Of a stretch of DNA of 64,000 bases, positions 25,525 through 38,719 are shown piece after piece. Made by a program: the position numbers and the translations under genes. Location: the NCBI GenBank assembly GCA_036785375.1, contig JAWMAR010000293.1:930001-994000 (forward strand), in the 5' to 3' direction. The notes under the pieces were generated by a model that was not told where the DNA came from, ran no database searches, and saw only the letters and a list, made by a program, of their open reading frames with translations. Source of the stretch: Leucoraja ocellata (taxonomy: Eukaryota). The number at the start of each line of letters is the position of its first letter. Position 1 is the first letter of the stretch.

Positions 25525-26300
25525 TGAATGAATAAGTTTATTGACCAAGTGTTCACATACAAGGAATTTGCCTTGCTACTCCGCTCGCGAGTGACAACGA
25601 CATACAGTGACAGTTAGGAATGACACATAAAGCATTAAACATTAATAATAAATCATTATTGATTAAACATGTGAATTAAATAAAATACCAGAGCAAAAGG
25701 AGGCTACAGATTTTTGGTTATTGAGTAGAACTACTACTCGTGGAAGAAAGCTGTTTTTATGTCTGGCTGTGGCAGCTTTGACGGTCCGGAGTCGCCTTCC
25801 AGAGGGAAGTGATTCAAATAGTTTGTGGCCAGGGTGAGAGGGGTCAGAGATGATCTTGCCCGCTCGCTTCCTGGCCCTTGCAGTGTACAGTTCATCAATG
25901 GAGGGAAGGTTGCATCCAATGATCAGACGATTCGCTGCAGCCTCCGGATGTCGTGCTTGGTGGCTGAGCCAAACCAGACCATGATGGAGAAGGTGACAGA
26001 CTCTACAATGGCTATATAGAATTGGACCATCATTGCCTGTGGCACATTGTGCTTCCTCAGCTGCCGCTGGAAGTACATCCTCTGTTGTGCCTTTTTGACT
26101 GTGGAGTTGTTGGTAGCCTCTCATTTAAGGTCCTTGGAGATGATGGTTCCTAGGAATTTAAAAGACTCCACAGATGTGACTGTGCTGTTATTGATGGTGT
26201 GTGGGGTGAGCTCTCCTAAAGTCTACTATCAATTCCGTTCTCTTAAGAGCATTGAGCTCCAGGTTGTTGCAATGGCACCAGGCCGCCAGCTGTGTCACTT
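25525..26300 (-). mobile_element. Rex1/Babar-like non-LTR retrotransposon 3' fragment. Related pieces at ~4400-4580, 21100-21225, 25200-25520, 26360-26700, 39600-39830, 51235-51760, 53750-54020 and 63100-63370
   Basis: Minus-strand frames read KKAQQRMYFLRQLRK...FYIAIVESV...VWFGS and DPSHPGHKLFESLPSGRRLR, typical of Rex1/Babar ORF C-termini. Confidence 0.75.
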
Positions 26301-28234
26301 CCTGCCTGTAGGTGTCCTTGATTATCCTGGCGGCTGTGCCGAGGCAGTGTGAAATGTAGATGGAGTCAATGGAAGGGAGGTTGGTTTACATGATGTTCTG
26401 GGCTATGCCGACAATTCTCTGCAATTGTTTGTGGTCTTGGATGGAGCTGTTTCCAAACCATGCTGTCTACGGCGCATCTGTAGAAGTTAGTGAGAATTGT
26501 TGGGGACATGCTGTTCTTGCTCAGCCTTCTAAGGAAGTAGATGCGGTGGTGTACTTTCTTGGCCATTGCTCAGGATAAATTACAGGTGATGTTTACTCAG
26601 AATATTGGAACTTTCAACCATCTCCAGTTCAGTACTGTCAAAGTGCATGTGGCCACTTTGCTTCCTGAAGTCGATCACAAACGCCTTGTATTGCCTGAAT
26701 TGGAGGATTTGATAATGGAGAGCAGCTTATTCACTAGGCTTGTTATGTCTGGAGTGAAGGAGTCGGGGATGACCTGAGAGAGGTCCAGAAACTTGTGTAC
26801 GGCCGAGATAGGATTGATAATCACAATCATTTGCTCATGGACAGCATGGCTTTCAAAAACTAGAGGGCATAGGTTTAAAATGAGTGTATGGAGTTTTAAA
26901 TGGGATTGGAGAGGTATGATTTTGTAGAGATTGTTCACGTCTAAGACTCGCTGCCAGAGGAGGTGATTCGAGTAAGATACAATCACTATTTTTAAGAAGA
27001 ATTATTCAGGCATTGAAGGATATGGTCCTAATGTGGGCAAATGATTTAATGTACACAGGCAAAAAAAAATGGGATGGACTGAGAGGACCATTTCTGAACT
27101 GTAGGACTATAATCTCCCAGATATAGGGTGCCGGATTGTATATGTCACAATTCTGGAAAACAAACCTAGTGTGCAAGAGAGTAGTGAGTGACACAATCAG
27201 ATTGGAAGTGTTCATACTGTGTTCCACGACATTTCTTCCCCATGATTGTAATGTGAAACAAACAGTGCTGCATGTCTGAATTTTAGGAGGAAGACCATTG
27301 AGATACGCTGGAGGATAAGTATTTGCTGTTGTGTGCTTAGTGTTTGCAGCTGGTAAAACCTGTTAAAAGACACAACTTCTGGCTCCGCATTGTTACATTT
27401 ATCACAGACCTCCCAAGATGTTTCGATCCAATACGTGGAATTTTGTGTAAATCGTACTTTCAGCACCTGCACCTCGCTTCCAGGAATGAGGCGATGTTTT
27501 GGTTTACTTTAGAGAAGCAGTGTGTGAACAGGCTCTTTGGTCCTCCAAGTCAGTGATTACCCCCCCCCCCCCCCCCCCGTACACTATCCTACACAACAGG
27601 GAACATTTTACAACCTTTTACAATTTTACGTGGAATTCTCTACCACAGAAGGCAGTGGAGGCCAATTTGGATGTATTCAAGATTGAGTTTGATACAGCTC
27701 TTAGAGCAAACGGAATCAAGGGATATGGGAAGAAAGCACGAACGGGGTACTGATTTTGGATGATCAGCTGATTCAAGGGGCCAATTGACCTACTCCTGCA
27801 CCTATTTTCTATGTTAACTCACCAAAGCCAATTAACATACAAACCTGGCGTGACAGTATCAAGCAAGTATACAGACTTTGAAGAAGTTCTCCTTTACTAG
27901 TTTGAAGAATGGTCTTGACCCAAAACATCACCCATTCCTTCTCTCCAGAGATGCTGCCTGTCCCGCTGAGTTACTCCAGCATTTTGTGTCTATCTTTGGT
28001 TTAAACCAGCATCTGCAGTTCCTTCTTCTGCAAGTATACAAAGTTACAGGATAAGGGGCCCGTCATTTAAAACAGAAGCACATAGAAATTTATTTTCAAG
28101 AGAATAGTGAAAATCCCTGGAATTCTCTACCCCCGAGCATCTGGAGAAAACCCACGCGGTCACCGGGAAAATGTACAAACTCCATACAGACGGCACCCGT
28201 TGTTAGGATTAAACCCAAATCTCTGGCACTGTAA

Positions 28235-28731
28235 AGGGCCCGTCCCACTCACGCGAACTTTACAGGAGACTGCCGGCACACGTCATAGGTCGCCGAAATT
28301 TTTAACATGTTGGAAATTCAGCGGTGACCAGAAAGACGCTACGACTCTTTGGAGACCTCTCACACGGCCATACAGCCTATGGTCGTGAGGTCTCCTATGG
28401 TCTTGAGAGGTCTCCTATGGTCTTGAGAGGTCTCCTATGGTCGTGAGAGGTCTCCTATGGTCGTGAGAGCCCTCCTATGGTCTTGAGAGGTCTCCTATGG
28501 TCTTGAGAGGTCTCCTATGGTCTTGAGAGGTCTCCTATGGTCTTGAGAGGTCTCCTATGGTCTTGAGAGGTCTCCTATGGTCTTGAGAGGTCTCCTATGG
28601 TCGTGAGAGGTCTCCACAGAGTCATAGCGTCTTTCTGGTCGCCGTTGATTTTTCAACATGTTGAAAATTTAGGCGATCTATCACAGGTGCTGGCAGTTGC
28701 CTGTAAAGGTCGTGAAAGTGGGACAGGCACT
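28235..28731. mobile_element. MITE with ~120-bp TIRs and a central minisatellite, nested in a minus-strand SINE
   Basis: AGGGCCCGTCCCACT...AGTGGGACAGGC termini; arms are reverse-complementary. Confidence 0.8.
28376..28615. repeat. 20-bp minisatellite (TCTCCTATGGTCTTGAGAGG), 11 full units plus partial flanking units
   Basis: Contiguous tandem units at 28391-28610 with T/G variants; no spacers. Confidence 0.95.
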
Positions 28732-29149
28732 GTCAGGCAGCAACTCTAGCGTTTCGCCACCATGTCACCCACTGTACTCCTCACCACTCCTGTGGTTCTC
28801 TCTTTTGATTAATCTTTAGTCTATTTCATCAAGTGATAATCACTGGGAGAGCATCACTAATCATTAGATGCAACTGATTAAAAAATATCAGTGTTTTTTG
28901 ACCTTTTCAGTCTGCACGCATGACTGTCCGTTAGCCCCACAAACATTCTATGATCCTCTCCTTCGGTTCTGAAGCCCAAACATCTTTATCAAATGTGATT
29001 TATTTAGTTTAGGTTGTTACTGCTCACTTTTAGTTCCAAATGGAATCACTTCACACTCAGTCTTGGAGAAAGATAGCATGAAACAAGTCCTTCAGCCCAC
29101 CTAAAGTCCACACTGACAAACAAGCACACATTTACACTGTTCTCACATT

Positions 29150-29547
29150 ATAGAAACATAGAAACATAGAAAATAGCTGCAGGAGTAGGCCATTCGGCCC
29201 TTCGAGCCTGCACCGCCATTCGATATGATCATGGCTGATCATTCAACTCAGTATCCCGTCCCTGCCTTCTCTCCATACCCCCTGATCCCTTTAGCCACAA
29301 GGGCCACATCTAACTCCCTCTTAAATATAGCCAATGAACTGGCCTTAACTACCTTCTGTGGCAGAGAATTCCACAGATTCACCACTCTCTGTGTAAAAAA
29401 TGATTTTTTCATCTTGGTCCTAAAGACTTCCCTCTTATCCTTAAACTATGACCCCTAGTTCTGGACTTCCCCAACATTGGGAATAATCTTCCTGCATCTA
29501 GCCTGTCCAACCCCTTAAGAATTTTGTATTTTGTAAGTTTCTATAAG
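29150..29547 (-). mobile_element. CR1 LINE 3' end, minus strand
   Basis: Starts with the (ATAGAAAC)n tail complement; reverse complement of the CR1 3' end. Confidence 0.9.
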
Positions 29548-29557
29548 CATATAATTA

Positions 29558-30935
29558 TGTGGGGAAACTGCTAGAGTCAGTTATTAAAGATGGGATAGCA
29601 GCACATTTGGAAAGTGGTGAAATCATTGGACAAAGTCAGCATGGATTTACGAAAGGTAAATCATGTCTGACGAATCTTATAGAATTTTTCGAGGATGTAA
29701 CTAGTAGCGTGGATAGGGGAGAACCAGTGGATGTGGTGTATCTGGACTTCCAGAAGGCTTTCGACAAGGTCCCACATAAGAGATTAGTATACAAACTTAA
29801 AGCACATGGCATTGGGGGTTCAGTATTGATGTGGATAGAGAACTGGCTGGCAAACAGGAAGCAAAGAGTAGGAGTAAACGGGTCCTTTTCACAATGGCAG
29901 GCAGTGACTAGTGGGGTACCGCAAGGCTCAGTACTGGGACCCCAGCTATTTACAATATATATTAATGATCTGGATGAGGGAATTGAAGGCAATATCTCCA
30001 AGTTTGCGGATGACACTAAGCTGGGGGGCAGTGTTAGGTGTGAGGAGGATGCTAGGAGACTGCAAGGTGACTTGGATAGGCTGGGTGAGTGGGCAAATGT
30101 TTGGCAGATGCAGTTTAATGTGGATAAATGTGAGGTTATCCATTTTGGTGGCAAAAACGGGAAAGCAGATTATTATCTAAACGGTGGCCAATTGGGAAAG
30201 GGGGAGATGCAGCGAGACCTGGGTGTCATGGTACACCAGTCATTGAAGGTAGGCATGCAGGTGCAGCAGGCAGTAAAGAAAGCGAATGGCATGTTGGCTT
30301 TCATAGCAAGAGGATTTGAGTATAGGAGCAGGAAGGTTCTACTGCAGTTGTATAGGGTCTTGGTGAGACCACACCTGGAGTATTGCGTGCAGTTTTGGTC
30401 TCCAAATCTGAGGAAGGACATTATTGCCATAGAGGGAGTGCAGAGAAGGTTCACCAGACTGATTCCTGGGATGTCAGGACTGTCTTATGAAGAAAGACTG
30501 GATAGACTTGATTTATACTCTCTAGAATTTAGGAGATTGAGAGGGGATCTTATAGAAACTTACAAAATTCTTAAGGGGTTGGACAGGCTAGATGCAGGAA
30601 GATTGTTCCCGATGTTGGGGAAGTCCAGGACAAGGGGTCACAGCTTAAGGATAAGGGGGAAATCCTTTAAAACCGAGATGAGGAGAACTTTTTTCACACA
30701 GAGAGTGGTGAATCTCTGGAACTCTCTGCCACAGAGGGTAGTTGAGGCCAGTTCATTGGCTATATTTAAGAGGGAGTTAGATGTGGCCCTTGTGGCCAAG
30801 GGGATCAGAGGGTATGGAGAGAAGGCAGGTACGGGATACTGAGTTGGATGATCAGCCATGATCATATTGAATGGCGGTGCAGGCTCGAAGGGCCAAATGG
30901 CCTACTCCTGCACCTAATTTCTATGTTTCTATGTT
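29558..30935 (+). mobile_element. Young 5'-truncated CR1 LINE: uninterrupted ORF2 reverse-transcriptase C-terminal part plus 3' UTR
   Basis: 427-aa ORF with QHGF, YLDFQKAFDKV, GVPQGSVLGP, KFADDTKL and RPHLEYCVQFWSP motifs; tail (TTCTATGT)n. Confidence 0.95.
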
Positions 30936-33273
30936 CCCTGCATTCCCACAACTGGGCACTAGGGGAACTTTGGAATGGCCAATGTCTTCTGGATGTGGGA
31001 AGAAACTGGAGCATCCGGATAAATTCAAGTTCAAGTTCCATTTATAGTCGCATGCAGCAATTGGTACAGTAAGATTTGAGTTATCATACAGCCATACAAT
31101 GAAAAGAACGCAATACACGATAGAGTTTAACATGAACATCCGCACAGGAACATAATTCAAACAGACAAAAAATAACAAAGGGTGAAAGGCCGGACAGACT
31201 GCTGGCGAGGCTGCCATAAACGGTGCCACCCGATGACGGAGGATTACGGAGAACATGCAAACTTCCCAGAGGGGCAGGGATGAACCGGGTCACTGGTGTT
31301 GTCAGGCAGAAACTCTATTAGCTGCCCCACAGATGGAAGTTGTTGTATTGATCAGAATTTGCACTATTGGATTTCTGGACCTTGTGTCGGTCTGATATGA
31401 AGCCTTCTGTTTTTCTTTTTTTATCTCTGCACTGCTTGTAAGATTTGAGGTTTTGTTCCTGGTTCCCCCCCAGAGTTTTGTGTCCCAATCATTTCATCTG
31501 TTATTGAAATATTTTTTAGTTAATGTTCAAAATGGAGAGTTTTGCTGGATTGTTGAGGCTCCGATTTGAGTTCTTTCTCAGTGAATGTGCACAATTCTAA
31601 ACCGTATCCCCCACTCGCCTCTGTATCCATCGTCTAATGAGTTTACAATCCCATCTGGGTCCAGTAGCAAGAGCAGCACTTCCCAGAAATGATTCTACTT
31701 GTTTTATTGGCTCTTTGCTCTTGAAGAAATGTATTCCTTGTTAAAGTGTTGAAATGCAAAAAGAACAGGGAACAGCAGTGCATCTTGAGCATGGCCATTA
31801 TTTACCAAATGGTGAGCTTGCATTGGGTCATTAAAACTCACTGCGGATTGTAACCAAAATTAATCCAGTTCTCACCCCTCTATCTGCCACGGTGAATTGC
31901 ATGGCCTTCACCCCAAAGCGCTGTAGCTGCTTGCAGTTGTCGGCCACAGTGGGGTGGTACAGTGGTGCAGCAGGAGAATTGATGCCCTGCAGCGCCAGAG
32001 ATCCGGGTTTGATCCTGATAAAGGTGCTGTCTGCATGGAGTTTGTATGTTCTTCCTGTGATCCGCGTGGGTTTTCGTATGTTTCCCTGTGACCTGTGGAT
32101 TTTCTGCGGGTGCTCTGGTTTCCTCCCACATTCCAAAGATATATAAGTTTGTAGATTGATTGGGTTCTTTAAATTGTCCCCAGTGTGTAGAACGATTGCT
32201 GGCCAGTGTGGGTTGAAGGGCCTGTTTCCACACTATCTCAACTAAACAAAATCTTTCCCACTTGACCTCTACCTGGGGTTGTAGGCAGGATCTTACTAAC
32301 CTCGTGAGGGTCACTCCCACACTGAACATATTCTCTGATCCATTCCTGAGTTGGCCTCATGAACACACAAGCCAGTGACCTAGGTTTGTCTGCCTGCCTT
32401 AGACTATCACAGCTTGCGTTTCTTCCCATTTAAGCAGTTAATTTGTAGCAGGCCTAATTTGCAACTTATAAAACGACTATAACATGTGGACACTTTGTTC
32501 ATTGTCCTTCTGATCTAAATTCAACGGAGATGATGTCTTTCAAGTGTCTAGTTTACAGTAACACTTTCAGTTCTAATTCCTTTGCTCTCCACACTCCAGG
32601 CTGATGTTAAAACTCCAACATGTGGCATCCTTTCTGTTTATTTCCTTTGACAGTTTTATGTCTGGATGTGGAGGTCACCAAGGCTTTGACTCACAGTGGA
32701 GCTTTGTTTCTTTGCTCTCTTTATACCTACAATTTGACTATGGTCACAAGCACCCAAGAAGAGTAGAATGTGGGTACACAAAAATGCTGGAGAAACTCAG
32801 CGGGTGCAGCAGCATCTATGGAGCGAAGGAAATAGGCGACGTTTCGGGCCGAAACCCTTCTTCGAATGTGTTTGTCTCGCTGCTGTCCATGGGTTTATCC
32901 TGATGTGGGGCTGGTTTATCTTAGTTTGACGGTTCCACCCTTCCAAAGCATGAGTTACTTCTCCAGATCTGTGATGGCACAAGGTTCCTCTGTTGGATGT
33001 GCCACCAGTGGTGCTCGACCGGGCAGGTGGGTGGGTTATCTATCATGTTGTATGCTCCTTCCATTGTTGTTGGCCTTCACGTGCTCCCATTGTAGAGACT
33101 TGAGGTGCTCAGTATCTTCCTCTGTTTTATACCTCAGCTTTGAGCAGTCAGTGGGCAGATTGCAGCAAATTGCTGATTGCTGTTTCATGCTTTCAAGGAG
33201 GCTTGTTTATGGAGTTCCTTGAAACTCGTCCTTTGTCTGCCATCTGATATCCTATCGTGATGAATCCAAATGC

Positions 33274-33677
33274 TTGAGATTGAGAGGGGATCTTATAGAA
33301 ACTTACAACATTCTTAAGGGGTTGGACAGGCTAGATGCAGGAAGATTGTTCCCGATGTTAGGTAAGTCCAGGACAAGGGGTCACAGCTTAAGGATAAGGG
33401 GGAAATCCTTTAAAACCGAGATGAGAAGAACGTTTTTCACACAGAGGGTGGTGAATCTCTGGAACTCTCTGCTACAGGGGGTAGTTGAGGCCAGTTCATT
33501 GGCTATATTTAAGAGGGAGTTAGATGTGGCCCTTGTGGCTAAGGGGATCAGGGGGTATGGAGAGAAGGCAGGTACAGGATACTGAGTTGGATGATCAGCC
33601 ATGATCATATTGAATGGCGGTGCAGGCTCGAAGGGCCGAATAGCCTACTCCTGCACCTAATTTCTATGTTTCTATGT
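33274..33677 (+). mobile_element. Young CR1 3' fragment
   Basis: Near-identical to 30535-30935, with TTCTATGT tail. Confidence 0.9.
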
Positions 33678-33806
33678 TGACTTTCTTGGCAAAGGTGAGC
33701 TCCTTGCATTAACCAGAGCTGGGAAAGGAACTTGAAGGTTTAAAACTAATAGGGGAAACGCAATATCACTGAGTTAGTGTGGTCAGTACGGGATGAGACT
33801 CGCTAA

Positions 33807-34011
33807 TGGCCCTGTCCCACTTGGGAAACCTGAACGGAAACCTCTGGAGACTTTGTGCCCCACCCAAGGTTTCCGTGTGGTTTCTGGAGGCTTTTGTCAG
33901 TCTCCCTACCTGCTTCCACTACCTGCAACCTCCAGGAACTGCACGGAAACTTGGGTGGGGCGCAAAGTCTCCAGAGGTTTCCGTTCCGGTTTCCTAAGTG
34001 GGACAGGGACA
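33807..34011. mobile_element. PIF/Harbinger-like MITE, ~205 bp
   Basis: Long TIRs starting TGGCCCTGTCCCACTT and ending AAGTGGGACAGGGACA; flanks TAA / TTA. Confidence 0.8.
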
Positions 34012-35256
34012 TTAGGAGATGATAGGTTCAGTTAATACTGATAAACAAATGTAAATAAGAGAGGATTTCTTTCAGAAAATAAGAGTTTTGGTTACAGTCC
34101 AATGCCCTGTTTATCTGCCAAGTGCAGGGGATAAGCAACTGTTAATTACGTCCACTTCATTACAGCATAAGATGCGACTAATAGCACATAATGAGTGCTG
34201 TCTATTCCATAAAGACTCTTTTTATGAAGTTTTTAGCACCTCGTTAAAGTGCAATTAACCTAACCTTCTGCACTTATCAATTCTTTCCAAAGCAAACTTT
34301 CTTGTTAAATGGCTGTAAGTACAAATATGCTTTGTGGCTGTGTTTAGCCGCTGGCTATCAATCTCCTTTGAAGAGGTATTGTAGACCCCAAAATGGATGT
34401 TAACAGCCTGACTACAGTTACTATAATCGAGTTAATTATTATACTGGAGACACAAGAGAGACAGAAACTGAAATCAAACAAAAAAACAAACTGCTGGAGG
34501 AAATTGGGGAAGGCCGCATCTGTGGAGAGAAATGGACAGTGTGGAGAAGGTTCCTAATCCAAAACATCATCTCTTGATTTCCCTCCATAAACGCTATCTG
34601 CAAATGTTGAGTTCCTCCAGCTTGCTGCTTTATGTTTAATTTCAATGTGGTTTTCTCTTTTCTTTACATGTTTGCTGTTATTTGTAGATGTCAACATAAA
34701 ATAATGTTGGGTCTTCCCCAACCAGTGTGTGCTTCCACCTTTAATGCTGAAATATGTGATGTTGTTCGTCACATGGTGAGGCAATGAGGTTAATGTGAAC
34801 GCATTTTCTATTAACATTGTGAAGGGCGTCAGAATTATTGAAGACGGCATACAGTAGGCATGATGTGCTTGGGAGGGGCAGGTGATTTTGGATCTATATT
34901 TCCCCACAGTTCCACTGCTGAGGTTCCCTTTTCTGATGTGGTTCTTTTGTTACCTAAGTAATTAAAGAATAACCCCAGGGCTGTAAATGCACCCAGGTGG
35001 GCCTTGTTTTTTTTTCTCTCTCTTTTTCCTCTTTTCACCTTATGGTGTCTCAGTGGAAACTGTTTACAAAGGGTGATTGTCATGCTTGAATTCCAATAAA
35101 AGACTTGCACTGTACTCAACAGTGCAATTTGCCTGTTAGTATTCATCTTCACAGCACAGAATCTATAGCATTTTGATACCCGTTCAATGCTGACCTCCAG
35201 TGTTGTCTCTGTGGAGTTTGCATGTTGACCCTCTCTCTGGATTCCTCTCACGCTAA

Positions 35257-35462
35257 TGCCCCTGTCCCACTTAGGAAACCTGAACGGAAACCTCTGGAGA
35301 CTTTGCGCCCCAGCCAAGGTTTCCGTGCGTTTCCCGGAAGTTGCAGGTAGTGGAAGCAGGTAGGGAGACTGACAAAAACCTCCGGGAAACGCATGGAAAC
35401 TTTGGGTGGGGCGCAAAGTCTCCAGAGGTTTCCGTTCAGGTGTCCTAAGTGGGACAGGGGCA
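35257..35462. mobile_element. Same MITE in opposite orientation, inserted in a SINE
   Basis: TAA|TGCCCCTGTCCCACTTAGG...CCTAAGTGGGACAGGGGCA|TAA, 3-bp TSD. Confidence 0.85.
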
Positions 35463-37730
35463 TAAGGTTGTGCAGATTAGTAGGTTATTAAGCCACAATA
35501 AATTGTCCCCGGTATGTATGTAGGTGGGTGGTAGAACCTTGGGTGAATAGAGGGGAATATAGGGACAGTTAAATGGGATCAGCATAAGATTAGTACTAAA
35601 TGGGTGCTCAATGATCTTTACAGACTTGGTGGGGCAAGACTGCTGTTTGACTCCATGGCTTACAGCTGTACTCTCTGCTTGCAATAAAAAGGATAGTGTG
35701 GATTAGTAAACTGTTTCTTATTGTTTTATCTGGTGGCTGATAAGATGGGCACCTTGTGCAAAGCCAGTTGACCATTCTACCATGCACTACTTTGACGAAT
35801 TCTTGCTGAGCCACCATATGATTACATCTATTAAATCTATTTTTAACACCTCTAATCAATTCCTCCCCCCCCCCCCCCATATTTACAGAAGACATTGGAA
35901 ATAATTTTTCCTATCAAATCTTTGTTGGCTCTTGCAATGTTTAAAATACATTTAGATAGGCAGATGAACATTTAGTGATATGGGGTAATTACAGCCCTGA
36001 TACCAGCTCCGATGTCTTGGTTAGGATGGACAAAGTTTGGCCGAGGAGCCTGTTTCTGTGCTGTGTACCTCTTAGACATCACGATGCAGCAGTCAGTGAG
36101 GCCACACCTGGAATACTGCGTGCAGGTCTGGTTATACAGCTGCAGGAATGCTGTCATTTACTTGGACAATGTGTGGAAGAGATTCACCAGGATGTTACCT
36201 GGCCTTGTAGGCTTGAGTTGTTGGAGAGGCTGGGACTTTTCTCTTTGGAGTGTAGGGGGATGAGGGGTGTCCTTAATGAGATCCATGGATAAACTGAATG
36301 CTCGCAGTCTATTTTCAAAGGTAGACAAACCTAACCTACGTGGCATGGGAATAAACAGGAGCAACTTTTCTACTCTGAGGTTGGTCTATATCTGGAATGA
36401 ACTGCCTGAGGAAACTAGAGTAGTGGACGTACAGTAAATATGACTTTTAAAAGACATTTGGGCAGATATATGGATACAGGTGGCTTAGTGGCACAGCGAT
36501 AGAGTTGTTACCTTATAGCGCTTGCAGTGCTAGAGACCAGAGCCCGATCCCAACTACGGGCGCTGTCTGTACGGAGTTTGTACATATTCCCCGTGACCAC
36601 ATGGGTTTTGTCTGAGATCATCGGTTTCCTCCCAAATTCCAAAGATGCACAGGTTTGAGGGGTAATTGGTTTGGAGTATGTGTAAATTATCCCTAGTGTG
36701 TGCAGGATGGTGTTAATGTGCGGGAATCGCTGGTTGGTGCGGATTCAGTCTGACGGCTGGCCTGCTTCCTCGCTATATCGCTAAACTGAACTACAAAATA
36801 GACTTTGGGGGGGCTATGGGCCAAATGAAGGTAAATAGGACTAGCCCAGAATGCCAAATTGGTCAGCATGGACAAAGTGCTCTGTGCTGTACAGCTCCAT
36901 ATGTTACTGGCTCTTGCAGTGCACTATCATCTTAAACACCAAATTTTCCAGTGATATGCTTTATTCTGCTGTAAGTTTACCCTTGCATTTCCTGCCAAAT
37001 AACAGTGCAAGCAATTTTGGCCAATTTCTCATATGTTCTCTGGATATGGGAGGAGGCCATTCAGCCCATTTAGTCATGCTGGCTCTGAGTCAAGTCAAGT
37101 TTATTTGTCACATATATCTGACCATTCTCATCAACTCATTTGCATACTTATCTCTCTGCAACTTCCATAAGCATCACCCAATCATACAAGGTGTTATTTA
37201 CAGCAACAAATTAGCTGACCAATTAACCACCTTGGTAGGAAATTTTAAAAGATGCTCCCTGAATGCTGTCATCAATGATTAGTTTGATTGCTTAATGCCA
37301 AGAGGTATAAAATCGTAGCAAAGATGTCTCCACTGGTTTGATATTGAGATGGAAATTAGGTGTTTGAAAGAACAATAGATTAGCCAGCAATTAGTATTGA
37401 CTAAAGCATGTATTGATGGTTCAGTAAATGGCCTTATTGTGGATGTTCACTGCACTTTTCATTAGCTCCATGATGTGTGATTCTCTTTATTTGATCAGCG
37501 ACTATCCTTTATCTGTGTTTATTTGTTCTGTAAATGATTTCTCTCTCTCATCAAACTTCTCCATTTTATCCGCTGTAGGTGGGGTTGATACGTAAGATAG
37601 ATTGAACTTCTCTATTTTAAGAGACTTCTTCAAAGGCTGCTCACGGCTTTTGCTGCAGCAACTTGCCCAGGCTACGCAGCAACTCCCAAACCTACAGCCT
37701 CAGCCAAAAGAAAGGGAAATGCAACAGAAG

Positions 37731-38032
37731 CGGCACGGTGGCACAGCGCTGGAGTTGCTGCCTTATCACGCCAGGGACTCGGGTTCGATCCTGACTGCGG
37801 GTGCTGTCTGCATGCTGTTTGTATGTTCTCCCCGTGACCACGTGGGTTTTCTCCGCGTGCTCCGGTTTCCACCCGTATTACAAAGACATACGTGTTTGTA
37901 GGTTGATTGGCTTCGATAAAATTGTAAATTGGCGCTAGTGTGTAGGGTGGTGTTAGTGTACGGGGATCGCTGGTCGGCGCAGACTCGGTTGGCCAAAGGA
38001 CCTGTTCCCGTGCTGTATCTCTAAACAAACTA
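37731..38032 (+). mobile_element. Full-length tRNA-derived V-SINE (HE1-like)
   Basis: A-box-like TGGCACAGC, B-box GGTTCGATCC, V-domain GTTTGTATGTTCTCCCCGTG...GGGTTTTCTCCG..TGCTCCGGTTTCC, CR1-like tail ending in CTAAA-like repeats. Confidence 0.85.
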
Positions 38033-38719
38033 TAGATGCATGGGCTTAGCACCACCTGCAGGCTCCCCATCAAGGTGCCCAACATCCTTGTTGGTCCTTA
38101 AAGCAAGGTCTAAATACAGTAACTCCTTTCTCAAAAGCACTCTGGGTGTTTGGTATTTGTTGATATTTATATATAGAGAAACACTCAAGGATGAATATAT
38201 TATATTATGCCTTGGATGTTTACGTACATGTGAGGCTAGCATGATGGTTTCCTTCTCAGCAAGAGTTTGTAGTGGCCCATCCATCCCACTCTGGTGTGTC
38301 CCGCTGAGGAGATACCCCGTAAGTTACCCCTCGCTGTAGAATTGTACACTCATAACAACTAGAGCGCGGGCTGGGTTTTGAATATGCCACATAAGCACAT
38401 AGCTTCTTGAATGTGGGATCAGTAGAAGTACTTCTGTACACTTTGCTAATGGGGGATGTGCTCAGGCATGGCAGTACGTTGCTGGACTGTTTGTAAGAAA
38501 TTAATTTCACTGTGCATTTGCACGTGATAATAAAAGCAGCATTGAGCCATTGTGTTGAGTTACGGTGCTGACCTGCTACTGTAACGTTAAACTGTGTCTC
38601 ATGCACTGATCCAGGCGTACATGAAGGATCTAACACTAACTCTGTCTGAAGAAAGACAAATGACTTTTTCACTGCTTTACCCAGTATACCTCCTTCAACC
38701 AGAACTCTGTGGCGGGGAT

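Noticed and set aside
28376-28615. CRISPR-like regular repeat
   Set aside because: Units are contiguous with no unique spacers, there are no cas genes, and the context is a eukaryotic intron. It is a minisatellite.
29559-30842. Host reverse-transcriptase gene or autonomous LINE
   Set aside because: No endonuclease domain, no ORF1 and no ATG start (GTG). It is a 5'-truncated CR1 copy.
33793-34035. Mirror-image ORFs on both strands (LSHLGNLNGNLWRLCAPPK)
   Set aside because: Artefact of MITE terminal inverted repeats.
37731-37800. tRNA genes at A/B-box motifs
   Set aside because: No cloverleaf or anticodon arm, and each continues into the V-SINE body. These are SINE heads.
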